NCBI GenBank assembly: GCA_951406725.2
Contig: OX597819.1
Span: 110,422,001 to 110,486,000 of the forward strand
Source: Octopus vulgaris
Lineage: Eukaryota
Length of the DNA stretch: 64,000 nucleotides
Reading direction: 5' to 3'
Shown one piece after another: positions 52,327-64,000 of this stretch. The translations under genes were made by a program, and so were the position numbers. Under the pieces are notes generated by a model. The model was not told the origin of the DNA. It worked only from the letters and a program-made list of their open reading frames with translations, and made no database searches. How positions within the stretch are numbered: the first letter of the stretch is position 1; every line of letters begins with the position of its first letter.

Positions 52327-52483
52327 ATGTATGTATGTATGTATGTATGTATGTATGTATGTATGTATGTATGTATGTATGTGTGTGTATGTGTGTGTGT
52401 ATGTATGTATTTATGTATGTGTGTATGTGTGTATGTGTGTGTGTATGTATGCATGTATTTTTGTGTACATATATATGTATGCG

Positions 52484-52796
52484 TGGAGGCGCAATTGCCC
52501 AGTTGTTAAGGCAGCAGACTCGTGGTCGTAGGATCGCAGTTTCGATTCCCAGACCGGGTGTTGTGAATGTTCATTGAGCAAAAACACCTAAAAGCCCCAC
52601 GAGGCTCCAGCAGCAGGTGGTGGTAATCCCTGTTGTATGCTTTCGCCACAACTTTCTCCCACTCTTTCTTCGGTTGGCCTGCTCGCTTCGCCAGCGTGGT
52701 GGCGTCATTTGAAGGCTAAACCAATGCGAAGCGCATTGTGACCAGCGATGTGTACCAACATCTGAGAGCCTAGTCGGTCACGGTGATCACGGTGAT
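52484..52796 (+). mobile_element. SINE family C, tail type 2
   Basis: Homologous to 24597-24901. Confidence 0.8.
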
Positions 52797-53155
52797 ATAT
52801 GTATGCACATGTATGAGTGATTATATGTATATTATATGTGTACATGAAAATTTAAATGCATGGGTGAATACAAATATATTCTCTATCAACATCTGGATAT
52901 ATACGAGTGTGTATATATGCTTGTGCGCATGTGTCTGTATGCACAAACATTCTCACACGTCCACGCAATCTTACACACACACACACACACACATAGGCAT
53001 GTATATAAATATATCGATGCATATGTATATATACAAATATGTGTAGGTATGTAACTATGAATGTATATATATGTGTATGTGTTTGTGTATGTGTGTGTGC
53101 GTGTGTATATGTGTGTATATATTTATGCATGCATATGTGTATGTATCCATCGATA

Positions 53156-53197
<42 letters not shown>

Positions 53198-53348
53198 TGT
53201 AGACATACATATACGCGTATACATATGTGTGTGTGTGTTTGTTTCTATGATACTCAGATATTTATATAAATTACATACATATGTATGTATATATATATGT
53301 GTGTATGTGTGTGTGTGTGTGTATATATGTATGTATGTATTATGTATG

Positions 53349-53382
<34 letters not shown>

Positions 53383-53670
53383 TGTATGTAGGTAGGTAGG
53401 TATGATATGTATGTATGTATGCATGTATTTATGCATTCGTACACACACACATATATATGCATATAAACTGATATGCATGTCAGAGAGAGAGAGAGAAGAA
53501 GAGAAATATACGTTTGCACTTGAAGAGACACTCGAGATAAATCCGTATATGCGGATAAAGATGCATGCAAATGCATACGCTATATATATATATATATATA
53601 TATATACATACACATATGTATATACACATATATATGTATGCATGTATGTATATATATATATATAAATATA

Positions 53671-53721
<51 letters not shown>

Positions 53722-54153
53722 TATACATATGCATGTGTGTGTGTGTGTGTGTATGTGTATAAGCGTGTGTATTAAACAGTATGTAAAAACGGTGATGATG
53801 GTTTAGCAGAGACTATCCAAAATAAAAGGAAAAAAAAAATCCATCTTTAGAATTCTAGGAACATATTGATTAAAGAGAACAAAGAGAACTGCAACTTTAA
53901 AATAGCATTTTAAATGGTAATAGAGAGATCTACTAATTATATTTGGGTAAATGAATCTAGGCTAATCACTTTGTGTCTAATTCTGTAAGCTCTTCTCTGT
54001 CCTCCTCTTATTATATGCGCGCGCATCTCTCTCCCTGTATCTACTCATTCTCGTTTTCTATATTCGTGTTTGGCATCTTTGTCTCTGTATATGTGTATGT
54101 GTGTGTATGTGTATATCTATATATATATATATGCATACATAGAACCATATGTA

Positions 54154-54202
<49 letters not shown>

Positions 54203-54218
54203 CATATATATATATATG

Positions 54219-54262
<44 letters not shown>

Positions 54263-54588
54263 CATACATATTTATACGTATAAAGATGTATGTAAATGTT
54301 TTGGTATGCAAGTATTTGTGCATGTGCATGTTTGTTTTGTGTGTGTAGGTCCGCATACGTCCGCATACATACGTATCCGTGTGTGTGTGTATGTGTGTGT
54401 GTGTCTGCATGTGGGCGTATTTGTGTGTGTGTATGTAAATTTGTAAATTGATCAGATCGAGTATATTATATTGTTACATATAAAAACACGCGCACACATG
54501 CCCCTATAAATATGCACATATGATTATATATATATATATACATAAATATTTGTACATATACACACACACATATATATATATGTATATG

Positions 54589-54644
<56 letters not shown>

Positions 54645-55134
54645 ACATGTATATCTGTGTGGCAGCATCCGTATGCGTATCTATAATGGTATGCATGTAT
54701 CCATAATTGCACATGTTTGTGTATAACAAATAAACATATTACTAACAACCTTGTACAACTACGACTTCATAATACAAGCACCGAAAGCAAAGATATATGC
54801 AAATATGTACAAACATATACGCATGCGTGTTTTTGCCTACATCAGCATAAAGGTTTACTTATTCGCGTATCGATTACTCACTCTCATTAATAAATCAGCA
54901 TGTTTAAAATTTGTATTGATAGGTGGGCCTGTGCACAAATATGTGAGAGGAGGTGTAGGTAGCTTGACATCTGTTGGGGGTGGATGGGATACGCTGGTGT
55001 AAAGTACTGTTAGGGTGGGTTCGGGGTGCATCTTTGAAGATTTCAGCTTTAGATTCGAATGAATAAACTTTTTATTTCAAGTAATGATATACATTTTCTT
55101 GCGGTTTATACCAGAACATTAATATCTATCTATC

Positions 55135-55233
<99 letters not shown>

Positions 55234-55329
55234 ACTATCTCTCTCTCTATATATATCTATCTGTCTGACTGTCTTCTGTCTGTCTGTCTTTCTCTGTCTC
55301 TGTATGTCTGCCTGTCTGTATACCTGTTC

Positions 55330-55715
55330 TTTTATTCTTTAATTCTTTTAATTGTTTCAGTCATTTGACTGCAGCCATGCTGGAGCACCGCCTTTAGTCA
55401 AACAAACCAACCCCATGTCTTATTCTTTGTAAGCCTAGTACATATCTATTAGTTTGTTTTCCGAACTGCTAAGTTACTGGAACGTAAACACACCAACATC
55501 GGTTGTCAAGCGATGAAGGGTGGGACAAACACATACACACACACACAGATGTATATATAAATACGACGGTCTTCTTTCAGTTTCCCTCTACCAAATCCAC
55601 TCACAAGGCTTTGGTCGGTTCGAGGTTATAGTAGAAGACACTTTTACCCAAGGTGCCACGCAGTGGGGCTGAACCCGGAACCATGTGGTTGGGAATCAAG
55701 CTTCTTACCACACCA
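55330..55715 (-). mobile_element. Family A SINE
   Basis: Colinear with 36054-36455. Confidence 0.8.
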
Positions 55716-55781
55716 CCGTCAATCTGTCAGTCTGTCTGTCTGCCTGTCTATCTGTCTATTTATCTTCCTATCTATTGAGAA

Positions 55782-55824
<43 letters not shown>

Positions 55825-56829
55825 GATAGATTGATTGATTGATAGATTGATTGATTGATTGATAGATCACCTCCCTGATCGATATTTTTCCGCACTTGAT
55901 GCTTTATTTCTAATTGTATCCCCTCCATCCCGCTCCATACAAACGTAATACATACATACATACATACATACGTACGTACGTACGTACGTACATACATACA
56001 TACATACATACATACATACATACAATCTGCTTCTCCCATTTCTTTCTGTTCTTTGTTGTTCCTTTTTAAGCAATTTATTTTCATTGATTTTTTAGCGAAT
56101 TTCAATACAAAGTGAGGCAGGTGCTGCCCAGCTTCGATTGGACAGCACAAAATGACTCTAGTTGGATAATTCCCTACCTTCCACACCTGACCAAGACCCT
56201 TAATTTTCACAATTCAGTGAATTCTATTAATTATTATAGGCTACGTTTCAAGAAAATTCATCAGATATGTCTGTGGATATGTTAACAAGGCATATGGTTG
56301 TTCTGATAAAGCAAAACAGCCGCAATAAAGTTAGGCAATTACAGTAGGGATACTGCATCGGCAATAATGAAGCTTTCTGGATCTCATTTGCCTTTCGTAT
56401 TCATGAAAGAAATCCCAGTATTTAATAACTTGTAATATACTTGAAACAACACTTGAAACCTCTTTCAGGTTGTGCCCTTGACCTCTTCTTGCAAAAATGT
56501 TGCTGTATTCTCCAGTTCCTCCTATCTTACGTGGAAAACAAGCGATGGTAACGAAGAAAGCAAAGTAACCTAGCTGAAGGTCAACCTGACATGGTTTTGA
56601 GTGAGCCATTGGAATTATATACACTGTATACCTCAGTCAATCTTAATATCTCATTCTATGACATCTCCTCCATGAAGTGCCAGATCCAAGTATATTTTGA
56701 GATTTACGAATAGTCGATGCGAAAATCCCTGCCTCTTACAGAGTGTTAGGTTTGAAATATTGGGGAGAATGATGCTCAACAAGATGCAGTGTTGCCAGAA
56801 GACTTAGGATGGTTTTTTCCATATTATTA

Positions 56830-58075
56830 TTAGGTCGTCAAGTATGAAATTTGTAGAAAAGAAAAAAAGTTTGCTAATGTTTTATAAATACAAGGAATAG
56901 TTTTATTAACCAAAGTATGCACCCATATTGTCAATACACTTTTGCCATTTCAGTGGTAGCTTGTCCAACCCGGAATGTAAAAGCCTGGCAATCTAGAGTC
57001 GATAAAATCTTGGAAGGCCTGTTTTACAGCATCATCGGAACTAAATTTTTTTCTTATCAAAGTTATCCAAATTCTGGAAGAAATGGTGGTAGTCAGTGGG
57101 GGCAAGTTCAGGTGAGTATGGTGAACGATGGAGAACTTCCAACTCCAACTCCTGTAGTTTCGCCAATGTCATTTTTGCGATGTGTGGTCTGGCATTGTGT
57201 TGCAGTAAAATAGGAGTGGATCTGTTGACTAACCTAGGCTGATTTTTGTAAGTTTCTGCATCATTTGATCCAGTTGGCTGCAGTATACTTTGGCCGTTAT
57301 TGATGAGCCAGGTTTAATGAAATCATAATGGATCACACCTGCGCCAGACCACCAAACACACACCATCAGCATCTTTTGATGAATTTTGCTTTTTGGACCG
57401 TATTTTGGTGGCTTGTCTTTGTCCAACCATTGTGCATGAACATTTACGGTTGTTGTATTGGATCCATTTATCATCACATGTTACAATTCGATTTTAAAAT
57501 GATTCATTTTTGTGACGAGAAAGTAGCATAATGTTGCTGTTTCTGATTTTCACTGAGTTCATATGGAACCCACTTATCAAATTTTTTCACTTTACCGATT
57601 TGAACTAGGTGAGTCAATATTGTTTGCTTGATAACACCAAACGACAACGATAATTCACGGGCACTTTGAGATGGATCTGACTCGACGGTGGTTTTCAGTT
57701 CGTCATTATCCACTTTTGTCGACCGCGTTGCTCATTTGTGAGGTTAAAGTTACCAGAACGAAATTTTGAAAACCAAATTGATACTGTTAGAATGAAATAC
57801 TCCATTAATATTCCGAGCTGTCTGTGATGCTGGAATTTCCAAGAAAGAACTCATATTTCAAAACTGAACGAATTTCCGACTTATCCAACTTTATACAAAA
57901 ATAGCAAAGAAACGATTTATGAATACTTTATAAAGAGCTAAATGAGTTAGAATAAAGAAATAGATGTGTCAGCTTTCTACAAAAAGTAAAGATTGTCAAA
58001 ATATGATAATGGCGCAAAATGAGCAGCTTTGAAAGTTTACTATATACCTTACTACAAATTTCATACTTGACCTAA
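56830..58075 (-). mobile_element. Full-length but defective mariner (Hsmar1-like), ~1.25 kb
   Basis: TIRs TTAGGTC(gtc)AAGTATGAAATTTGTAG at both ends; KWVPYEL, MVCVWW..GVIHY and YSPELAPTDYH motifs in broken frames. Confidence 0.88.
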
Positions 58076-59277
58076 TGCAATGCTGTGAACCATCCAATCT
58101 ATTTTGAGTTTGGCACAAGTATATTCATGATATAGACGAAAGTTTCAAACATCAGCCAGGACAGAATTACATACACCGCACTCATAGCTGCCAATATACA
58201 AATAGGGAGGAGCTGAGAAGACCATGCGCGTTATGAATGGAAAATTAGCAACAAAGAAACTTATTTCATCTTTGTTTTACATGTTGCAGTCATTTTGGCC
58301 TGAAGCCATACTGGAGCATCGCGATGAAGAGCTCTGTCAAATGAAGGGCACCGTCGAATAAATCGACACCTGTACTTGTTTTTAAAGTCTGGCATTATTT
58401 TATTTGTCTCTTTTCTTGAACGGATAAATTACAGAGACGTTTATACGCCAACATCGGTTGTCAATCGAGTGAGGAGAAAACAAACGCAAAGACATGCCAA
58501 CACACATGCGTATACAAGCATATATATGCATACATACATGCATACTTACATACATACATACACGCACACGTACACACACGTACGTACACGTAAACATACA
58601 CATACGTACACACAAGAACACATATACATATACTTGTGTGTGTGTGTATATGTGTGTATATACACACATTTGAAGGCCTTCCGCTCATTGTCCTCCTCCC
58701 AAATTCACTCACGAGGCAATGGTCGACTCCGGATAGATAGTGTTAATGTTTGTGGTGTATGTTACCAATACATACATACATACATACATGAATGTATGTA
58801 TACATACATATATGCATACATACATAGATGCATGCATGTATGCATACATACATAGATACAGACATACATACACATATAAATACATGCATGCATAATACAT
58901 ACATACACATACACATACACACTCGTGTACGCACACACCAAGTAATTCAGATTGCCACAAACTTTAATAGTTATCATTGCCTGACCGGTCGTGGAACACC
59001 TCCGAGACATCCGACGGGGAAAAAAAAAAAGAAAAAGAAAAAGAATTTGTCAACCTTGTAATTGACGGACTTAAATTCTGCAAAAGAAAATCTTAGATTC
59101 TAAAGAAATATATGCATATTTATCTATTGTACCTGTATGCATACATAAACACGTACATGCTGGTATGCATACATCCATCCATCCATACTGGCCTGCTTGC
59201 ATATATACATGCTCAAAATGAGAATTTGACAATGGCTACTCGCTTTTTATTTATCTATCTGTCTGTTGACTCTCTCC

Positions 59278-59407
<130 letters not shown>

Positions 59408-59524
59408 GTTTGTCTATCTATCTTGAACAGTGTAGTTAGGAAACAAATTTCTTATCACACAGCCATGCCTGCGCCAATATATACATCTATAACACAAACA
59501 CATATACACACATATAATAAATAA

Positions 59525-59772
59525 ATGCGCCCTTTTAAAACCTAGCCAGGCTCATGGGCCCGGTTTCCCGGTTTCAATGGCGCATATGTTCCCCAGAGGG
59601 ACGGGACGCCATTCCATCGCAGCATTACTCATTTTTGCCAGCTGAGTGGACTGGAGCAACGTGAAATGAAGTGTCTTGCTCAAGAACACAACGCGTCGCC
59701 TGGTCCAGGAATCGAAACCACAAGCTTACGATCATGATGCTGACACCCTAACCACTAAGCCACGCGCTTCCA
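59525..59772 (-). mobile_element. SINE with family D head and a tail shared with family C type 1
   Basis: Head like 14693-15035; GGCGTCCCGTCC..GAAACCGGGAAACC..ATGAGCC tail like 19350-19415. Confidence 0.7.
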
Positions 59773-60344
59773 CATACACACATATACACACACAAATATG
59801 CACAAATGCGTGTAACTCTGCGCATGGTTCGATTACATGCGTTTATGCTATTTGGTTCTTACTTAGGATACGCTTTCGTTTAAATCAGTGAAAAGTAGAA
59901 TCTGAGAAACCGAATACCAGCGCGACACATTGACAGACATAGACAAGGCGACAGTCGGACGGACAGACAGACAGAGAGCTAGGCAGCCAGGCAGGTGGAC
60001 AAGCAGTAAGACTGGCGAAATGATAGACACGCGGACGGATGTACAATGAGGTCGGTTTGAATTACACGTTGGCAAAACCCGAAAGCAATTCATCATAAGT
60101 AAGTCACATGACCACAGATCAGTACTAGCGTCACCTGACCGCGAGGTTCATTTATAGGTTTGGAGGTCTGGAGTCGGGGGCCTCTTCAACATCAGACAAA
60201 TCCTAATTTCAGCTCTTAGACAATTAGAAAGTTTATTGAATGTTTTTTTCTTATTTCTTCTTATTTTTTCCTGATACCACATTATCCTTCACTTGGCAGT
60301 TTTATTGCCATTATTTTTCAATAAAAAGGTGATAGATAGAGAGG

Positions 60345-60426
<82 letters not shown>

Positions 60427-60622
60427 GATAGATAGATAGAGAGGGAGAGAGAGAGAGATGAATAGATAAGTTAACAGGTAAGCTGGTGGAATAATAGACA
60501 GATTAATAGATTAGTGGATTAAAATGTGGATAGGTCGATAGATACTGAATGGTACTTTTATTGGTGTCAGTCTATCTTTCATTTGAGCAATTTGTCTCGT
60601 TTTTTCCTCAGTGGGTTCATAA

Positions 60623-60698
<76 letters not shown>

Positions 60699-61430
60699 GA
60701 TTAATAGATGGGGAGAGAGAGATCAACCGATAGGTTTATACGCAAGTTTTTATTTGGTACCAAATTATCTTTCATTTTAGCTAATTATCGTATATAGTTT
60801 TCTTTAAGATAAATAGATACATAGATTAATAGATAACTAGAGGCATTAATAGATTTACACAGAACATAGTCTGAGAGAGGCAAAGAGGAAGAGAGAAAGA
60901 GAGGGGGAGAGATGAATTGTCTGTTTAAGAGAAAGAAAACAAATGCCTAACAGCCATTGTTAGCGATTGGCAAAGAAGAGGTCAGATTATTTCAAGAAAT
61001 TATCTTTCATACGCTGGTTGATTGAAAGAATGATATTACAGCGTTAGATAAAACGCTTCGTAGTTTTTAGTTGCGGTTCTTTAAGTTCTCAGTTCAGATC
61101 TTGCCGAGGTTAACTTTGCCTTTCATTCTTTCCGTTATCGATAAATAAGACAGTTATGAAATATCAAGTTCGATGAAATCACCTTTCTCCGTCCTACAAA
61201 TTTGTGGTTTTATGGGCGTTTGCCAAACTCCAGCGACGCGAGAAAAAATAAATGAAAATGCTTAGCTGCTTTTCTTCTGGTTTTACGTCGCAAGTTCAGA
61301 TTCCGCCGAGATTGACCTTACCCTTTCTGAGTCGATGTAATCGACTAGCCTCACTCAAATTTCATGCCTGTCCTGTGCATATGTTCATATATTAGGAAGG
61401 ATTATTATTATTATTGTTGTTATTCTTGTT

Positions 61431-61463
<33 letters not shown>

Positions 61464-61471
61464 ATTATTAT

Positions 61472-61548
<77 letters not shown>

Positions 61549-61780
61549 GAGTGAGAAAGCAGTGCATGCCAGCAAAGGGACCCTGGGGTAAAATATACGA
61601 AGCCCAGTATACCCATCATGACTACCCGTCTGATAAGAGTACACTAGGCACATAAATCACAAATATATTTGCACGACACGGTAGTCTCATTTCAAGATAA
61701 ACAGCACATGATCTTGCAGGTGGGGTCCAGTTAGAATTTTCTTCTGGTTGAGTAACCCATTCTGCTCATAAGGTTTGTTT
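61549..61780 (-). mobile_element. Second copy (3' part) of the 16816-17410 retroposon
   Basis: Reverse-complement similarity; (AAT)n tail at ~61450-61548. Confidence 0.7.
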
Positions 61781-61781
61781 A

Positions 61782-62170
61782 AGGAATTTGAACTCAGAAT
61801 ATAAAGACAGAAGAAATACCTATTTCTTTACTACCCACAAGGGGCTAAACACAGAGAGGACAAACAAGGACAGACAAACGGATTAAGTCGATTATATCGA
61901 CCTCAGTGCGCAACTGGTACTTAATTGACCCCCGAAAGGATGAAAGGCAAAGTCGACCTCGGCGGAATTTGAACTCAGAACGTAGCGGCAGACAAAATAC
62001 TGCTAAACATTTCGCCCGACGTGCTAACGATTCTCCCCGCTCGTCGCCTTTGATACACATTTCATTGACCTGAAAGGATGAAAAACAAAGTCGATCTCGG
62101 CGGATATTGAACTCAAAACGCAAAGACTAACGAAATACCACGAAGCATGGTAAGCGTGCGTACCATTCTG
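61782..62170 (-). mobile_element. Family B SINE tandem copies
   Basis: Cores and tail; tail-to-head junction at 61820/1. Confidence 0.75.
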
Positions 62171-62732
62171 TCAGCTTATGCATGTCTCTTCTAAAATTAT
62201 TATAAATCTTCCACTGAAGAGGGAGCCGGTTTCCAACAAAGATACAAGGTTCTCTCTTTGGGATGTAGTTAACAAAGACAAATTCACATTTGGAACTTGA
62301 GAAAAGTCTTGAATATTTTTACTGTTCCACTTACAGGATGCACTTGTACGAATTAACCGATCATTTTCTTATACTGAAAATCCCAGTTTAACCAGATTCT
62401 CCTTTATGTATGAATGAATGTATGTATGTATGTATGTATGTATGTATGTATGTATGTATGTATGTATGTATGTATGTATGTATGTATGTATGTATGTATG
62501 TATGCATGTATGTATGTATGTGTGTATGTATATCCATACATGCACACACACACACAGACACACACACTCACACACACACACATATATATAGAGACTACGA
62601 GGAGTTTAGTTCACCTGTCATTTAAACGAATAGGTACGTTGGGTACCTATTCCTTGGTCGACCATTATATATAGATTGATAGATCCGTTATATAGAACCA
62701 GCCTTAGCTGTGATCTTGGAACCTAATGGTCG

Positions 62733-62778
<46 letters not shown>

Positions 62779-62937
62779 GTACGTACGTGCGTACGTATAT
62801 AGGTGACTAGGTAGATAGATATGTAGATAGGAATACGTGAATATATATGTGTGTATATATTTATATATATGTGCGTATATATTTATATATATATATACCT
62901 ATCTTACCCGATTGTCTGTCTGTTTGTCTATCTATCA

Positions 62938-63034
<97 letters not shown>

Positions 63035-63394
63035 ATTACCTATCTACCTCTTCGCGGGTCTATCTATATAACTGTCAATTTTATCCATGTATTTTCCGTT
63101 GCACTTAAGGTTTTAAAGAAAGTTCCGAACGATGGCGGCAAGAGGCTATGAGAGGCACAGTGTGGGTGGATATAAGGGAGCGAACAATAACGTTGATAGA
63201 AGCGACCTGCCACATGAGTAATTCGAGTGTGCACACGTGACCATCTCCTCGTGATCTCATTACATCCAAATTTCCGCTTCCGTCGTCACATTTTCTACCC
63301 ACCCCACTTGTTTTTTTTCTACCTTTTTTTAAAAAGAAATTCTTGTTTTATAACGTTGTTCTTTTTATTTAAATTTATAACCTTCCACCAGCAT

Positions 63395-63419
63395 TAACCA
63401 GAAGCCACCAGCGCCACAC

Positions 63420-63452
<33 letters not shown>

Positions 63453-63574
63453 ATACTACTACTACTACTACAACTACTGCCAACGCTGCTGGTAGTGCTG
63501 GTGGTGCTGCTGCTGCGGCTATTGCTGCCGGTGGTGCGACCACCACCACCACCACCACCACCACCACCACCACA

Positions 63575-63627
<53 letters not shown>

Positions 63628-63705
63628 CACCACCACCACCATCACCACCACCACCACTACTACTTCAACTACTACTACTACTACCACTACTACTACTACT
63701 ACTAT

Positions 63706-63763
<58 letters not shown>

Positions 63764-63800
63764 GTTACTGCTGCTGCTACTGTTACTATTACTACAGCTG
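63395..63800. repeat. (TAC)n/(CAC)n compound microsatellite
   Basis: Read directly. Confidence 0.95.
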
Positions 63801-64000
63801 ATGCTGGTACAAACCCCTCTTGTTATTACATTTTTCTACCACTGCACTACAGCCTATACTGTCACGATCACTAACATGTCCCTTCTCCTCGAGGCAATTG
63901 CCCATACAATCGCCACCACTATGACCATCGTAAATAATAGCATTTCCAACACGACAAACAAAACCAAAGCGACCACCATCTCCGAAACAATCACCACCGT

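Overview
Eukaryotic, repeat-saturated window with no confident host protein-coding exon. The microsatellite load and SINE families resemble Octopus/coleoid cephalopod DNA (inference). Most short ORFs in the track are microsatellite translations. The main feature is a young Neptune-type Penelope-like retroelement at 38413-43590 (minus strand): an RT + GIY-YIG ORF flanked by 703-bp direct pseudo-LTRs, each with a variant minimal hammerhead ribozyme (HHR). Six further small, non-coding HHR-bearing elements are scattered through the window. They include a 364-bp unit with 33-bp terminal redundancy (retrozyme-like) and a 506-bp unit with an inverted 5' tip. Two ~160-bp-arm fold-back structures are present, one of them around an intact HHR. 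Nearly all of these elements end 3' in (TA)n, several inside the (TA)n tract of a SINE. Also present: about four tRNA-derived SINE groups with shuffled modules, CR1/L2-, RTE- and R4-like LINE remnants, decayed mariner elements, a nested MITE and non-autonomous Helitrons. All alignments and folds were done by eye; no searches or folding programs were run.
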